Source: a bacterium
GTDB taxonomy: Bacteria > Patescibacteriota > Dojkabacteria > GCA-016699595 > JBAXKR01
Direction of reading: 5' to 3'
Length of the DNA stretch: 64,000 nucleotides
Assembly (NCBI GenBank): GCA_037131125.1
Contig: JBAXRR010000001.1
Coordinates: forward strand, 7,345 to 71,344
The notes beneath the pieces are model-generated. The model was not told the DNA's origin. It saw only the letters and a program-made list of their open reading frames with translations, and did not search any database. The position numbers and the translations under genes were made by a program. Of the stretch, positions 9,523-20,500 are shown in pieces. The stretch's first letter is position 1; every line of letters starts with the position of its first letter.

Positions 9523-10038
9523 ATGAGAAATAATAAGTCTTTTACAATTGTAGAACTTCTAGTAGTTATGGCCGTAATTGGTGTGCTTCTATCTCTTGCT
9601 GTATTTGGAATTCAAGCGCTTCAGAAGAATCAGAGGGAGACTCAACGAATGCAGGATCTTAAGAATATACAAGGACAACTTGAGGCATTCTATACAAAGT
9701 ATAGAAGATATCCTGTAAGTGGAAGTAATAACAATGCAGAACTTAGAGTTAATGGAAATAATCTTGAAATTAATGTAGGTTTTCAACCTGATCCTTCTTC
9801 TACCTTTGCAACAATTCCAATTCAATCTATGACACCATTAATCCTCGTAGGAAATTATGATACTTATGATTGTAATGATCCATTTAATACTCCTTCTGCA
9901 GATAATTGGAATATTATTTATGCAACAATAAGACAAGATTTAAATCCCAATCCTCAAGTATATGAGCTTTTTGGATGCACAGAAGGAGGAAAGACAAACA
10001 ATCTTGGTGGATCTGATGATCTAGAGTATAACGACTAA
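9523..10038 (+). CDS. type IV pilin / pseudopilin with a prepilin N-terminal methylation motif
   Basis: N-terminus MRNNKSFTIVELLVVMAVIGVLLSLAV: a short basic leader, then the class III signal G/F-T-(I/L)-x-E and a hydrophobic helix with E at +5. Confidence 0.8.
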   Translation: MRNNKSFTIVELLVVMAVIGVLLSLAVFGIQALQKNQRETQRMQDLKNIQGQLEAFYTKYRRYPVSGSNNNAELRVNGNNLEINVGFQPDPSSTFATIPIQSMTPLILVGNYDTYDCNDPFNTPSADNWNIIYATIRQDLNPNPQVYELFGCTEGGKTNNLGGSDDLEYND

Positions 10039-10286
10039 TGCTTTTTTCATCTTTTTTTAATATCCGTATAATCCCCTCTTTGTAATAATCTTCGCAAATA
10101 TATTTACAATATATACTTATTTCTTATCCTGTATATCATGAAAGAAGATAAATCCTTTGTGATATTTTGTGATTCCAAAATAAGAAGGGTTTATGACGAA
10201 AAAACTGGGAAATGGTAGACTCAGATGGAAAATCATACCTGACAGATTGTATAGAATTACGAGAAAATAAGTTTAGAAATTGGAGT

Positions 10287-10316
10287 CGTTACAAAATGTA
10301 ACGGTTTGTATTTCTT
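10287..10316. terminator. putative bidirectional terminator hairpin between the convergent pilin gene and clpC
   Basis: Perfect 7-bp stem cgttaca-aaa-tgtaacg at 10287-10303 followed by the T-rich gtttgtatttctt on the plus strand. It lies immediately after the clpC stop at 10315-10317. Confidence 0.35.
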
Positions 10317-12843
10317 AAGCCTTCTGACTAATTAATTCTTTTGCAACCAACTTTCCCTTTTCCCACTTAAGAAGATATTCACTTTCTTCATTAAGTTCGG
10401 ATCCAAGTAGCATTGAAGATAAGTTATTCTCTATATTCTTTTGTATTACTCTTCTTATTTCTCTTGCTCCGTAAAGATCGCTGAATCCTTTTTCCAAAAC
10501 CATATCTACTATAGATTTATCAAATTCAACATTAATCTTTTGTGCTTTTATCTCTCCTTTAACTTTCTCAAGTTCAAGTTTAACAATATCTTTTATTTCT
10601 GCTTTGGTTAGAGATTCAAAGATAATAATCTCATCTATTCTGTTAAGGAACTCTGGTTTAAAGAATTTATTAAGTTCAATCATTACTTCATCTTTTACTT
10701 TTCCCCAACCAGTTCTTTTTTCTTTTGGTGCAACAATCTTTTCCTCATCATCAAACCCACCCTTCTTTTTGTTATTTTCATTTATAGTTGAGTCAACTTT
10801 AAAATCAAAACCTAAAGTGTTTCCAATTTTACCTTCTCTTGTGAAGTCTTGAATAATGTCTGCACCAATATTAGATGTAGCTATTACAATTGTATTCTTG
10901 AAATCTACCACTCTTCCTTTTCCATCTGTAAGTCTTCCATCTTCAAGTATTTGAAGAAGAGAATTAAATACTTCTGGATGGGCTTTTTCAATCTCATCTA
11001 AAAGAATAATAGAATATGGTTGTCTTCTTATCTTCTCAGTTAGTTGACCACCATCGTCAAATCCTACATAACCTGGAGGAGAACCAATAAGTTTAGATAC
11101 ATTAAACTTTTCTGAGTATTCACTCATATCTATTCTCACAATTGCGTTTTCTGATCCAAACAATATCTTAGATAATGTTTTGGCAAGTTCTGTTTTACCT
11201 ACACCTGTTGGTCCTAAGAATAGGAACGAAGCGATTGGTCTATTAGGGTTCTTAAGACCTGCTCTTGCCCTTCTTACTGCTTCAGCTACAGCTTTAACTG
11301 CCTCGCTTTGTCCTACTAATGTTTTATGTATTTCACTTTCTAGTTTAAGAAGTTTTTTTCTTTCTTCTGATTTAAGTTCAGTTACGGGAACACTTGTAAT
11401 TTGTGAGATTATTGTTGCAACATCATCTACAGTTAGAACTGGAGTTCCAGTTCCTCTACTTTGATTCCATTTGTCTATTAATGGTTTAAGTGATTCTGTC
11501 TTCTTGTCTATAGATATCTTAAGTGTTGCTGCTTCCTCATATTTCTTTGTTCTAGTTAAGCTTTCTCTTTCCTGTTCAAGTTTTTTAATTTCAGATTCCA
11601 ATGCACGAATATCATCAGGCTTACTGAATGCTTCAAGTCTCAACTTGGATGCACCTTCATCTATTACATCGATTGCTTTATCCGGAAGGAATCTATCTGT
11701 AATATATCTTTCACTAAGTTCGCTAGCCGCTACAAGTGCTTCATCACTAATCTTTATTCTATGATGAGATTCATATTTATCTACTATCCCCCTTAGAATA
11801 TCTATAGTTTCACTAACACTTGGTTCTTTTACGATGATTGGTTGAAAACGTCTTTCAAGTGCTGCATCTTTTTCAATATATTTCTGATATTCATTTAACG
11901 TAGTTGCACCAATTACTTGAAGTTCTCCTCTAGCAAGTGGTGGTTTAAGTATATTAGATAAATCTAGTCCTCCCTCTTGGTTACCTGTTCCTACAATTGT
12001 GTGAAGTTCATCTATGAATAGAATAACCTCTCCATTACTCTTTTGTATTTCAGAAAGTATTTTCATTGCTCTTTCTTCGAACTCTCCTCTGAATTTAGCA
12101 CCTGCCATTAAAAGACCTAAGTCCAATGCCATAACTCTTTTGTTAAGAAGAATCTCTGGAACATTTTCTGATGCGATCTTTAGCGCAAGACCCTCAGCTA
12201 TTGCAGTCTTACCAACACCAGGATCTCCAATTAAAACTGGATTGTTCTTTTTTCTACGAGATAAAATTTGAATAACTCTTGTAACTTCATTCTTACGACC
12301 AATAACTGGATCTATCTTTCCAGAAGCTGCATACGCAGTTAGATCTTTTGCAAACTTATCTAGTGTTGGAGTTTTACTGGCATCTTTTTTATTAGCATCA
12401 CCTTCTCCTACAACTTCTGTTACAACCTTATGAAGTTTCTCATAAGTGAGTCCCATAGATTTAAGAACTTGAGCTGCAAGTCCTTCTCCTTCAGAGAGCA
12501 GTCCTAAAAGAATATGCTCAGGTCCTATGTATGTATGATTCATACTTCTAGATTCTTGGAAGGTTATTTCAAGAACTTGTTTTGCACGAGGTGCTAGATC
12601 TATTCTTCCTTCACTAAAATTTCCTGCTGTCATCATGGAGGTCATATTTGTTCTGACCTCTTCTACATCCATATTAAGTTTTTCAAATATCTTTTGAATT
12701 AATTCATCTTGAAGTAAAGCTAAGAGTATATGTTCAGTATCGATATACTTCCTTCTAAACTCTACAGCAATTGATGCTGCATTTTGTAAAACTGCTTTTG
12801 CTTTTTCTGAGAATATTTCTAGTAAGTTAAACATGTTATCCAT
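10315..12843 (-). CDS. clpC: ATP-dependent Clp protease ATP-binding subunit, ClpC-type AAA+ unfoldase
   Basis: Two Clp_N repeats sit at the N-terminus. Walker A motifs GDPGVGKTA (NBD1) and GPTGVGKTE (NBD2) are present. The short middle domain has a UvrB/C-like coiled-coil (LESEIKKLEQERE), which is ClpC-like rather than ClpB-like. Total 842 aa. A ~40-aa Lys-rich insertion lies near the C-terminus of NBD2. Confidence 0.85.
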   Translation of the reverse strand: MDNMFNLLEIFSEKAKAVLQNAASIAVEFRRKYIDTEHILLALLQDELIQKIFEKLNMDVEEVRTNMTSMMTAGNFSEGRIDLAPRAKQVLEITFQESRSMNHTYIGPEHILLGLLSEGEGLAAQVLKSMGLTYEKLHKVVTEVVGEGDANKKDASKTPTLDKFAKDLTAYAASGKIDPVIGRKNEVTRVIQILSRRKKNNPVLIGDPGVGKTAIAEGLALKIASENVPEILLNKRVMALDLGLLMAGAKFRGEFEERAMKILSEIQKSNGEVILFIDELHTIVGTGNQEGGLDLSNILKPPLARGELQVIGATTLNEYQKYIEKDAALERRFQPIIVKEPSVSETIDILRGIVDKYESHHRIKISDEALVAASELSERYITDRFLPDKAIDVIDEGASKLRLEAFSKPDDIRALESEIKKLEQERESLTRTKKYEEAATLKISIDKKTESLKPLIDKWNQSRGTGTPVLTVDDVATIISQITSVPVTELKSEERKKLLKLESEIHKTLVGQSEAVKAVAEAVRRARAGLKNPNRPIASFLFLGPTGVGKTELAKTLSKILFGSENAIVRIDMSEYSEKFNVSKLIGSPPGYVGFDDGGQLTEKIRRQPYSIILLDEIEKAHPEVFNSLLQILEDGRLTDGKGRVVDFKNTIVIATSNIGADIIQDFTREGKIGNTLGFDFKVDSTINENNKKKGGFDDEEKIVAPKEKRTGWGKVKDEVMIELNKFFKPEFLNRIDEIIIFESLTKAEIKDIVKLELEKVKGEIKAQKINVEFDKSIVDMVLEKGFSDLYGAREIRRVIQKNIENNLSSMLLGSELNEESEYLLKWEKGKLVAKELISQKA

Positions 12844-13034
12844 ATTATTTCCTTTTACTTATTTTAATTTCAATTTGATCTTAAGCTATATATATCACCT
12901 ATATATTGTGAGGATGAAGTTACCTTTGTTAGGATTCTGATCTTCCTCATCTGAAGGTATTATATTTCATTAGCAGAGGATAATCAAGAGTGCTAATTGT
13001 GTTTGGTAGAAAAAACTAGTATATTTAATATTAC

Positions 13035-13508
13035 TTGTTATCCAATTACCCAATGCTCTACTCTCCTAATTCTAAATCTATTAAGAATGATTTATCTAAA
13101 TATGATAAATCTAAAGAGATTGTATTCATTTCTCAAGCATCTATTAATATGTGTTGGGCAAGAAAGCTATGTCAGTATGTAATAGAGAAAGGATTGGTTC
13201 CAGTTAACTATTTCACTGTGTATTCTAACTTCGTACATGAACTTGCCTCCCTTCAAACCATGATTGACTGTATTAATACCTTAATAGTTAGATGTGACTA
13301 TCTATGGGTATTTGGTGAAATAAGTGAAGGTATGTGGCATGAGATTAAAATGTGTAAGGAATTAGGAATACCAGTAAGATACTTCTCCATAGAAAAACTT
13401 CCAGAAGAGATTAACGAGATTACTGAAGATAAGGCTATTTATACTCCTAAGTTTGAAAAGAAGATGAAGGAAGATTTATCTTTTTATCCTGTTAATGCAA
13501 GTAAGTAA
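13035..13508 (+). CDS. nucleoside 2-deoxyribosyltransferase-like Rossmann protein (DUF4406-type)
   Basis: IVFISQA...CDYLWVFGEISEGMWHEIKMCKELGIPV matches the DUF4406/NDT-like pattern cD.iy.l.gw..S.G...E...A..lG..V. Confidence 0.45.
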   Translation: MLSNYPMLYSPNSKSIKNDLSKYDKSKEIVFISQASINMCWARKLCQYVIEKGLVPVNYFTVYSNFVHELASLQTMIDCINTLIVRCDYLWVFGEISEGMWHEIKMCKELGIPVRYFSIEKLPEEINEITEDKAIYTPKFEKKMKEDLSFYPVNASK

Positions 13509-13512
13509 GAAG

Positions 13513-13845
13513 CTAAAATTTAATTGTAATAACGCATGGGGCAATAGAAGTTAAACAAATGAACATATTTCCAAGAGCTTTCCATCTTTTTTCTCCAAAT
13601 TCTTCTCCATTTACTTTGTCTTCTTGTCTGAAATCTAAATTCTTAATTCCATAATATGCTGCACTTATTGCTCCAAATGCTAGTGACCCTGTTCTTGCCA
13701 ACTCTATAATATCTTTCCAAGCTTTACTATCTGGATGAGTACTAAGTAAGTAGCTTCCTGCAAAGTTAATGACAAGTGATTGAAGAATTACAACACTTGG
13801 AAGGTCAAATCGAGGTTTGTCATTTGGTTGTTGTTGTTCTTTCAT
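13513..13845 (-). CDS. small hypothetical membrane protein (110 aa)
   Basis: Two hydrophobic segments. Its start is 1 nt after the stop of the upstream HTH-CYTH gene, so the two are probably co-transcribed. Confidence 0.4.
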   Translation of the reverse strand: MKEQQQPNDKPRFDLPSVVILQSLVINFAGSYLLSTHPDSKAWKDIIELARTGSLAFGAISAAYYGIKNLDFRQEDKVNGEEFGEKRWKALGNMFICLTSIAPCVITIKF

Positions 13846-13846
13846 T

Positions 13847-14605
13847 TTAGTATCTGGATAACTTTTCCATAGCTAGGTAAGTTACACTCTTAACAACTTC
13901 ATCTTCTTTTTTGAGTCCTAACTTTCTTGCAAAGTTTCTTATTTCTTCAACTACCATTTCCCTATTCTTTTCAGTTTTATGTTCTATCTCTATTCCTGTT
14001 CCAAAGTCTTTAATATCATCAATGCAAATTTTAAGATCTTCGAATGAATACATTATTCTAGCCTTATCTATTGTCATGAATTCTTTTAAATTCATAAGTT
14101 TTAGAAGATTATTTGTTTCCTCATAGTTCTTTACTTCGATTTCAGATTCTATGCATGTGTTATGGTTAAGTGCATCCGTTAATCTTTTTACTTCAAGTGA
14201 AGTAGTTATCTTTCCTGTATAGTCATTGTCTTGTTCTCGAATTCTAAGGCCGAATCCTTCACCTGAATCAAAATCTCTATTTTTTTCTTCAAGGTTTTTA
14301 ATATGGTTACCTATATACCAGTGATCTACTATATGACTTAGATGTGTAACTCTTGCTCCAATAGTTATTAGTTTGTTCTCAATTGCTTTTCTATCCTTAC
14401 ATAAATATCTAAGTTCAACTTCAGCAATTTCCTTTTGAGGTTTTTTTGAGTTAATGAAAGCATCCAGATCGGATTTCTTTATTCTAATATTCTTACCTAT
14501 CTTTGATGCTTTTAGTTCTTTAGAATCTATGTAGTTTCTTACAGATTGCCAGTGAACCTTGAGTATGTCTGCAGTTTCATTTATGGTAAGGAGTGTGTCA
14601 CTCAT
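13847..14605 (-). CDS. HTH (excisionase/MerR-like, HTH_17) fused to a CYTH (CyaB/thiamine-triphosphatase-like) domain
   Basis: N-terminal LTINETADILKVHWQSVRNYIDSKELKASKIGKNIRIKKSDLDAFI is an Xis/MerR-type HTH. The C-terminal part has CYTH signatures: EVELRY (ExExK-like), FGLRIRE, TSLEVK, and ICIDDIKDFGTGIEIE (compare CyaB ...vDhl.glGdFaEIE). Confidence 0.55.
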   Translation of the reverse strand: MSDTLLTINETADILKVHWQSVRNYIDSKELKASKIGKNIRIKKSDLDAFINSKKPQKEIAEVELRYLCKDRKAIENKLITIGARVTHLSHIVDHWYIGNHIKNLEEKNRDFDSGEGFGLRIREQDNDYTGKITTSLEVKRLTDALNHNTCIESEIEVKNYEETNNLLKLMNLKEFMTIDKARIMYSFEDLKICIDDIKDFGTGIEIEHKTEKNREMVVEEIRNFARKLGLKKEDEVVKSVTYLAMEKLSRY

Positions 14606-14839
14606 TAAATTATTTGTTAAAAATAGATAGAAATATTGTAACTCCTTATATACTAAAGATCAACTTAGTGATAATACGATATAACTTCTTGAGCTTTACT
14701 TCTAGATTGAGGTCAGATAGATTGGTCAGTATAAATATCCTCTTTTGTGTTTTTAAGGTAAATGGGGATATAATCCAAATCTGGTTTACTTTAAATTAAT
14801 GTTGTTTTAATTTATATTCGAGTATACTTTGCCTGTTTT

Positions 14840-14857
14840 ACACTATATATATAGTGT
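14840..14857. promoter_or_regulatory. perfect 18-bp palindrome ACACTATATATATAGTGT in the divergent HTH-CYTH / topA intergenic region
   Basis: Self-complementary over 18 nt, about 30 bp upstream of the topA start and about 235 bp from the HTH-CYTH start. It is a candidate operator for a dimeric HTH protein. Confidence 0.4.
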
Positions 14858-14886
14858 GGAAATAAATAATATTTAAGAACAAGTTT

Positions 14887-17343
14887 ATGAAATTAGTAGT
14901 AGTAGAGTCACCAACAAAAGCAAAAACGATCTCTAAGTTTTTACCTAAAGAGTACTATGTCATTGCTTCTCAAGGACACATTCGTGATCTTCCAAGAAAT
15001 GCAGCTGAGGTTCCAGCTAAGTTTAAGAAAGAGAAATGGGCAAGTCTTGGTGTTGATGTAAAGAATGACTATAATCCTCTCTATGTAATATCTTCTGAAA
15101 AGAAAAAGATTATTAAATCTTTAAAAGAACACTTAGAAAAATCAGATGAATTAATACTCGCAACTGATGAAGATAGAGAAGGAGAATCTATTTCTTGGCA
15201 TCTTAAAGAAGTACTTAAACCTACTGTTCCAGTATCTAGAATGGTATTTCATGAGATCACAAAAGAAGCTATAGCTGACGCCTTAAAATCTCCTCGTAAG
15301 ATTGATCAGAAGATTGTAGATGCACAAGAAGCTAGAAGAATATTAGACAGATTATTTGGCTATACACTCTCCCCTCTTTTATGGAAGAAAATTGCACTTG
15401 GTCTTTCTGCAGGTAGAGTTCAATCTGTTGCAGTAAGATTAATTGTTAATAGAGAGAAAGAAAGAAGAAATTTTGTTAAGGGATCCTTTTGGGATCTTAA
15501 AGCTATTGTTACACCAACAGCACTTGCAGATAAATTTGAAAGTTCATTAGAAAAGATTGAGAACTTATCTGTTGCAAAGGGTGCTGACTTCGATGAGCAA
15601 ACAGGTAAGATTAAAAATGAGAATAAAGTAATATTACTAGATGAGAAATCTGCAAATAAAATAAAAGATTTACTTCAGGATTCTGAATTCAAAGTATTAG
15701 ATGTAAAAGAATCTGAACAAGTTAGAAATCCATATGCACCATTTATTACTTCTTCTTTACAAATTGAAGCAAATAGAAAGTTAGGTTTTGCAGCAAAGTA
15801 CACAATGCAAGTTGCTCAAAGACTTTATGAAAATGGACTGATTACATACATGAGAACAGATTCTACTAATCTTTCACACCAAGCACTAGATGCAATAAGA
15901 AACAATATTGTTGAAAGATATGGTAAAGAATATTTATCTGATGAGGTCCGAGTCTACACAAAGAAATCAAAAGGTGCACAAGAAGCTCATGAGGCAATTA
16001 GGCCTGCTGGAAGCTCTATGCCAACATCTGAAGAGTTAAATCTATCTGGTGATGAATCTAGACTCTATGATCTAATTTGGAAAAGATCTATGGCTACACA
16101 AATGAAGGAAGCAAGAGTTAAGGTTATTAGTATATCTATAAATTCTAAAGTTTCTTCTGATTCTAAATCTAAAGATATAGCGGAACTTATAAAGTTAGAA
16201 AAGAATTCTAAAGAAATTAATTTCTTATTTAAAGCATCTGGAAGAAGAATAATATTTCCAGGATTCTTAAGAGCTTATGTTGAAGGAAATGATAATCCAG
16301 AAAATGCACTAGATGACTCTGAGAAGATACTACCAGAATTAAAAGTAGAACAAGTATTAAAATTACTTGAGCTTAATGAGGAATCTCATGAGACTAAACC
16401 ACCTGCAAGATATACAGATGCAACTTTAGTTAAGAAACTAGAACAAGAAGGAATTGGAAGACCAAGTACTTATGCTTCAATTATTTCTACAATTGTAGAT
16501 AGAGGATATATTGTGAAGAAGAATAATCAGCTGATACCAACATTCACGGCATATTCAGTTACTAATCTTCTTGAAAAATATTTTACTAAATTAGTTGATC
16601 TTAACTTCACAGCTGAAATGGAAGGTAGTTTAGATAAGATAGAAGAAGGAGAAATTAAATGGCTTCCATATTTGAAGTCTTTCTATGAAGGAAAAGAAGG
16701 ATTGGAAAACCAAGTAAAAGAAAAGAATGAAATTATAGATGCACGTGAAATGTGTACACTTAAGATTGCAAACTTCCCATATGACATTAGAGTTGGGAAA
16801 TATGGTGCATTTGTAGAGATAGAGAATAAAAAAGATCCTGAGAATCCAACTAGAGTTACAATAGATGAATCCGTTGCACCTGCAGATATTAATGAAGAAG
16901 AAGTTAAAAGACTTGTTGTAGCGAAGAAAGAATCTGACAAACCACTTGGTACAGACCCTGTTTCCGGAAAAGATGTATACCTTCTTGTTGGAAAGTATGG
17001 TCCATATGTTCAACTTGGCAGACCAGAAAAAGAATCTAAAGAGAAGGTTAAACGTGTATCTATTCCTAAAACACTTCCACTAGATATGGTGGATATTAAG
17101 AAAGCTCTTCAACTTCTTGAACTTCCTAAGACTCTTGGGCAAAATGCAGATGGAAAAGATGTAAAAATAGGAATAGGTCGATTTGGTCCATACATATTAA
17201 TAGATGGAGTGTTTAAGTCTATCCCTGCAAAGGAAGATATGTTTGCGCTAACTCTTGATGAAGCTATCGAGATATTTAGACTAAAGCTTCTAAAGGCAAC
17301 TGGGAGAAAGAGATTCTTCCCTCGCAAAAGTTTTAAAAAGTAG
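14887..17343 (+). CDS. topA: DNA topoisomerase I
   Basis: Toprim N-terminus MKLVVVESPTKAKTISKFL. The active-site region ITYMRTDST carries the catalytic Tyr. The C-terminal repeats GKYGAFVE / GKYGPYVQLG / GRFGPYIL are Topo_C_Rpt repeats rather than zinc ribbons. 818 aa. Confidence 0.9.
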   Translation: MKLVVVESPTKAKTISKFLPKEYYVIASQGHIRDLPRNAAEVPAKFKKEKWASLGVDVKNDYNPLYVISSEKKKIIKSLKEHLEKSDELILATDEDREGESISWHLKEVLKPTVPVSRMVFHEITKEAIADALKSPRKIDQKIVDAQEARRILDRLFGYTLSPLLWKKIALGLSAGRVQSVAVRLIVNREKERRNFVKGSFWDLKAIVTPTALADKFESSLEKIENLSVAKGADFDEQTGKIKNENKVILLDEKSANKIKDLLQDSEFKVLDVKESEQVRNPYAPFITSSLQIEANRKLGFAAKYTMQVAQRLYENGLITYMRTDSTNLSHQALDAIRNNIVERYGKEYLSDEVRVYTKKSKGAQEAHEAIRPAGSSMPTSEELNLSGDESRLYDLIWKRSMATQMKEARVKVISISINSKVSSDSKSKDIAELIKLEKNSKEINFLFKASGRRIIFPGFLRAYVEGNDNPENALDDSEKILPELKVEQVLKLLELNEESHETKPPARYTDATLVKKLEQEGIGRPSTYASIISTIVDRGYIVKKNNQLIPTFTAYSVTNLLEKYFTKLVDLNFTAEMEGSLDKIEEGEIKWLPYLKSFYEGKEGLENQVKEKNEIIDAREMCTLKIANFPYDIRVGKYGAFVEIENKKDPENPTRVTIDESVAPADINEEEVKRLVVAKKESDKPLGTDPVSGKDVYLLVGKYGPYVQLGRPEKESKEKVKRVSIPKTLPLDMVDIKKALQLLELPKTLGQNADGKDVKIGIGRFGPYILIDGVFKSIPAKEDMFALTLDEAIEIFRLKLLKATGRKRFFPRKSFKK

Positions 17344-17390
17344 TATAATTGCGATCAAACACTTAAAAATACGAAAATATGAAAAATATA

Positions 17391-17468
17391 ATGGCTTATA
17401 TCTTTAGTGCATCTATTATTCTGAGTATTTTGATTGTATTTCTTGTAGTTTTCTTTGCATCTAAATAA
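17391..17468 (+). CDS. possible 25-aa hydrophobic micropeptide (MAYIFSASIILSILIVFLVVFFASK)
   Basis: Short ORF in the topA-PBP intergenic region that encodes a single TM-like helix. No support beyond ORF integrity. Confidence 0.15.
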   Translation: MAYIFSASIILSILIVFLVVFFASK

Positions 17469-17536
17469 AATTATTCATCCTTTTTTTGTTACTAATTTGT
17501 ACGATATTAAGTTAAAATATCCATAAGACATTTATT

Positions 17537-20500
17537 GTGTATATGAAATTATTAAGAGATTCAACAAACAAAAAGACAAGCAGATTAGATAATTACTCGA
17601 AACTTTCATCTCTCAAAGCAGATAGAAAAACTTGGAGTAAGAATAAGAAAGGAAAAGGTGGGATTAATTCAAAGATAAAGAAGATATTTGGAATACTTAT
17701 AGCAATTTTTTTCATCTTTTTAATTATCGGAACAATCGCAGGACTTGCAGTAATTGCTCACTATAGTGCACTCGTTCCAAATCCAAATGAAATTCTTACT
17801 GTTCAGCAAGATGAGTACTCTACTTTCTACGATAGAAATGGAAAGGAGCTATACAATGTTGTAGGAAGTGAGAATAGAATCATGATAAACAAGCTCGATG
17901 AAGTTCCCCAAAGTGTAAGATGGGCATTTATAGTTGCAGAAGATGCTGAATTTTATTCCCATAAAGGAATTGACCTTGTAGCTATTGCAAGATGTGCAGT
18001 TGGAAATATTAGTAACAAGCAACAGTGTGGTGGAAGTACAATTACTCAACAGGTTATTAAGAATGCTGCATTTGAAAAAGCAATCCAAGCTGGAAGTATA
18101 TCCAAATATGAAAGAAAGATAGAAGAAATTATTACAAGTTTAAGAGCAGAACAGGATTTCACAAAGGATCAGATTCTCCTCTTTTACATGAATAAGATTA
18201 ATTTTGGAAGTAATAGATATGGGCTTAAAACTGCATCAAAGATATATTTTGGAAAAGATCCAAAAGATTTAACATTAGCAGAATCTGCTCTACTTGCAGG
18301 TATTCCTAATTCCCCTTCTCAATTTGACCCTTTTGGTAATGTTAAAGATGAATACTGTAGAGTTAACGATGGTGAATTATTTGCAGAAAGTAAGATTACA
18401 GCTCAAGCAGGACAAGATGGACTCTACAAAGATAGTAATGGAAATGATGTTATTAAAGCAGCACCATACAAATGTAGACAGCTTTACGTCTTGAAACAAT
18501 ATGAAAAGAATTTAGATAAGATCAATCAAAGTGGGACTACAGTTACACAATCTGACATTGACAATGCAAGAAAAGAAGAACTAAAGTTCCAACCAAATAG
18601 AATAGATATTAAAGCTCCAAGTTTTGTTTTCTATGCAAGAGACCAGTTATATAACGCTGACTATAACTTCACAATTGACGGTAAGGCAATAACTTCTTCA
18701 GATATTGAAACTGGAGGGTATAAAATCTACACGACACTAGATTTGGATATGCAAGATATTGCAGAACAGGAGCTTAAGAACTGGGTAGATGGAACAAAAG
18801 ATTGTAAGTGTGATGATGCAGGTATTGCTAAAAGATTTGGAGTATATAATGGTGCAATGGCAAGCATTGATCCTAAAACAGGAGAAATCCTCATGATGGC
18901 TGGCTCAAAAGATTGGTTTGGGGAAAAAGAACAAGTTGTAACTGCAGATGGACCTCTAAAAGGAACTGCAAAATTCGATCCTAAAGTTAATATTCTAATT
19001 AGTAACCAACAAACAGGCTCCTCAAATAAGCCAATCTCATATCTTGCTGGTATTGAATCTGGTGTACTTAACCCGGCCTCATTCCTTCCAGATATGCCAG
19101 TTACATTTGGAAACTATACACCTCAGAATGCTGAAGGTGGAAATGCAGGCTATGCTCCAGGAAGTTCTAATAACTTCTTAAGAAATCAATTGCGACAATC
19201 TCTAAATAGACCTGCAGTTATGGCAGCAGATATTATGGGTGTAGATTCAATGTTGGATATGTATGAAAAGCTTGGATATACAGAGTTTAAAGATAGAAAG
19301 AGTTTTGGACTTTCCTCTATTTTAGGAGCAACTGCTGTTCAACCAATTGAACATTTTAATGCATATGCAACACTTGCAAATAAAGGGAAGTATCATAAAC
19401 CTCAAGCAATATTAAAGATCGTAGATAGAGCTGGTGTTGTTAAGTGGGAATATAAACCAGATGAAGGTAAACAAGTCGTAGATGAACGAGCAGCATATAT
19501 TATGTCAGATATTCTATATAATTACGGTAAAGAAGATATAGATCTCGTTAAAGCAACTGGTGGATATAGCGTTTCTGGTAAGACAGGAACTAGTGATGAG
19601 AATAAAGATATGTGGTTTGTAGGATATACTCCAGATATTGTTACAGGAGTTTGGACTGGAAATAATAATAACGCTGCTCCTCACAAGCAACCTTACAATA
19701 ATGGAGGACTTCCTTATGGATTTAGTTCAGCTAAGCCTTTATGGGTAAGATATTCTCAAAAGATCTTAACAAAATATCCAAAGACTACACTTACAAGACC
19801 TGCCGGAATTGTTAGTGCAGATGTTTGTTTAATATCTGGAAAATTAGCAACAGATAAGTGTGGCTCCACTATGAAAGAAATCTTTATAGATGGGAAACTT
19901 CCTCCAGTAGATGACAGTATTCAAACAATAAGAGTTTGTACAAATATTCCAGCATATAAACCTGAGGCTCAGTCTCTCAATATGATTGCAAGACCAATTG
20001 ATGAAACAAATGGATATGCAAAAGATGCTTTAGTAACTTATGTTAAGATTGGAGATCCTAAAAAGCCTACAGAACAAGCGCTTTTTGATAAATCTTCAGG
20101 TCAAAGTATTCCAACTGCACAGTGTACAACTGACTACAATACTATTTCTGCAGTTCCTACAATAAATATTGCCTCCCCTACAGATGGTGCGATTATTCCA
20201 TCTGACAATAGGACATTATCTTTGAATATTCAAGCTAGTCCTGCAGTGGGAATTATTAACTCAATAATAGTTACTGTTGGCTCAAATACTGTTGCAAGTA
20301 CAACAGATGCATCACTAACTCAAAATTTAATACTAGATAATAGTTATGGATATGGAGTAAAGACATTAACTGTAACAGCTAAGGATTCTTCAGGTAGAAG
20401 TTCTACAAAATCTATTTCAATTAATCTAGAATCCCCTGTATCATCTCAAAATCTAAAAATAACAAGCCCTAATAGTTCTAATTTAACTGTTGGAGATTCG

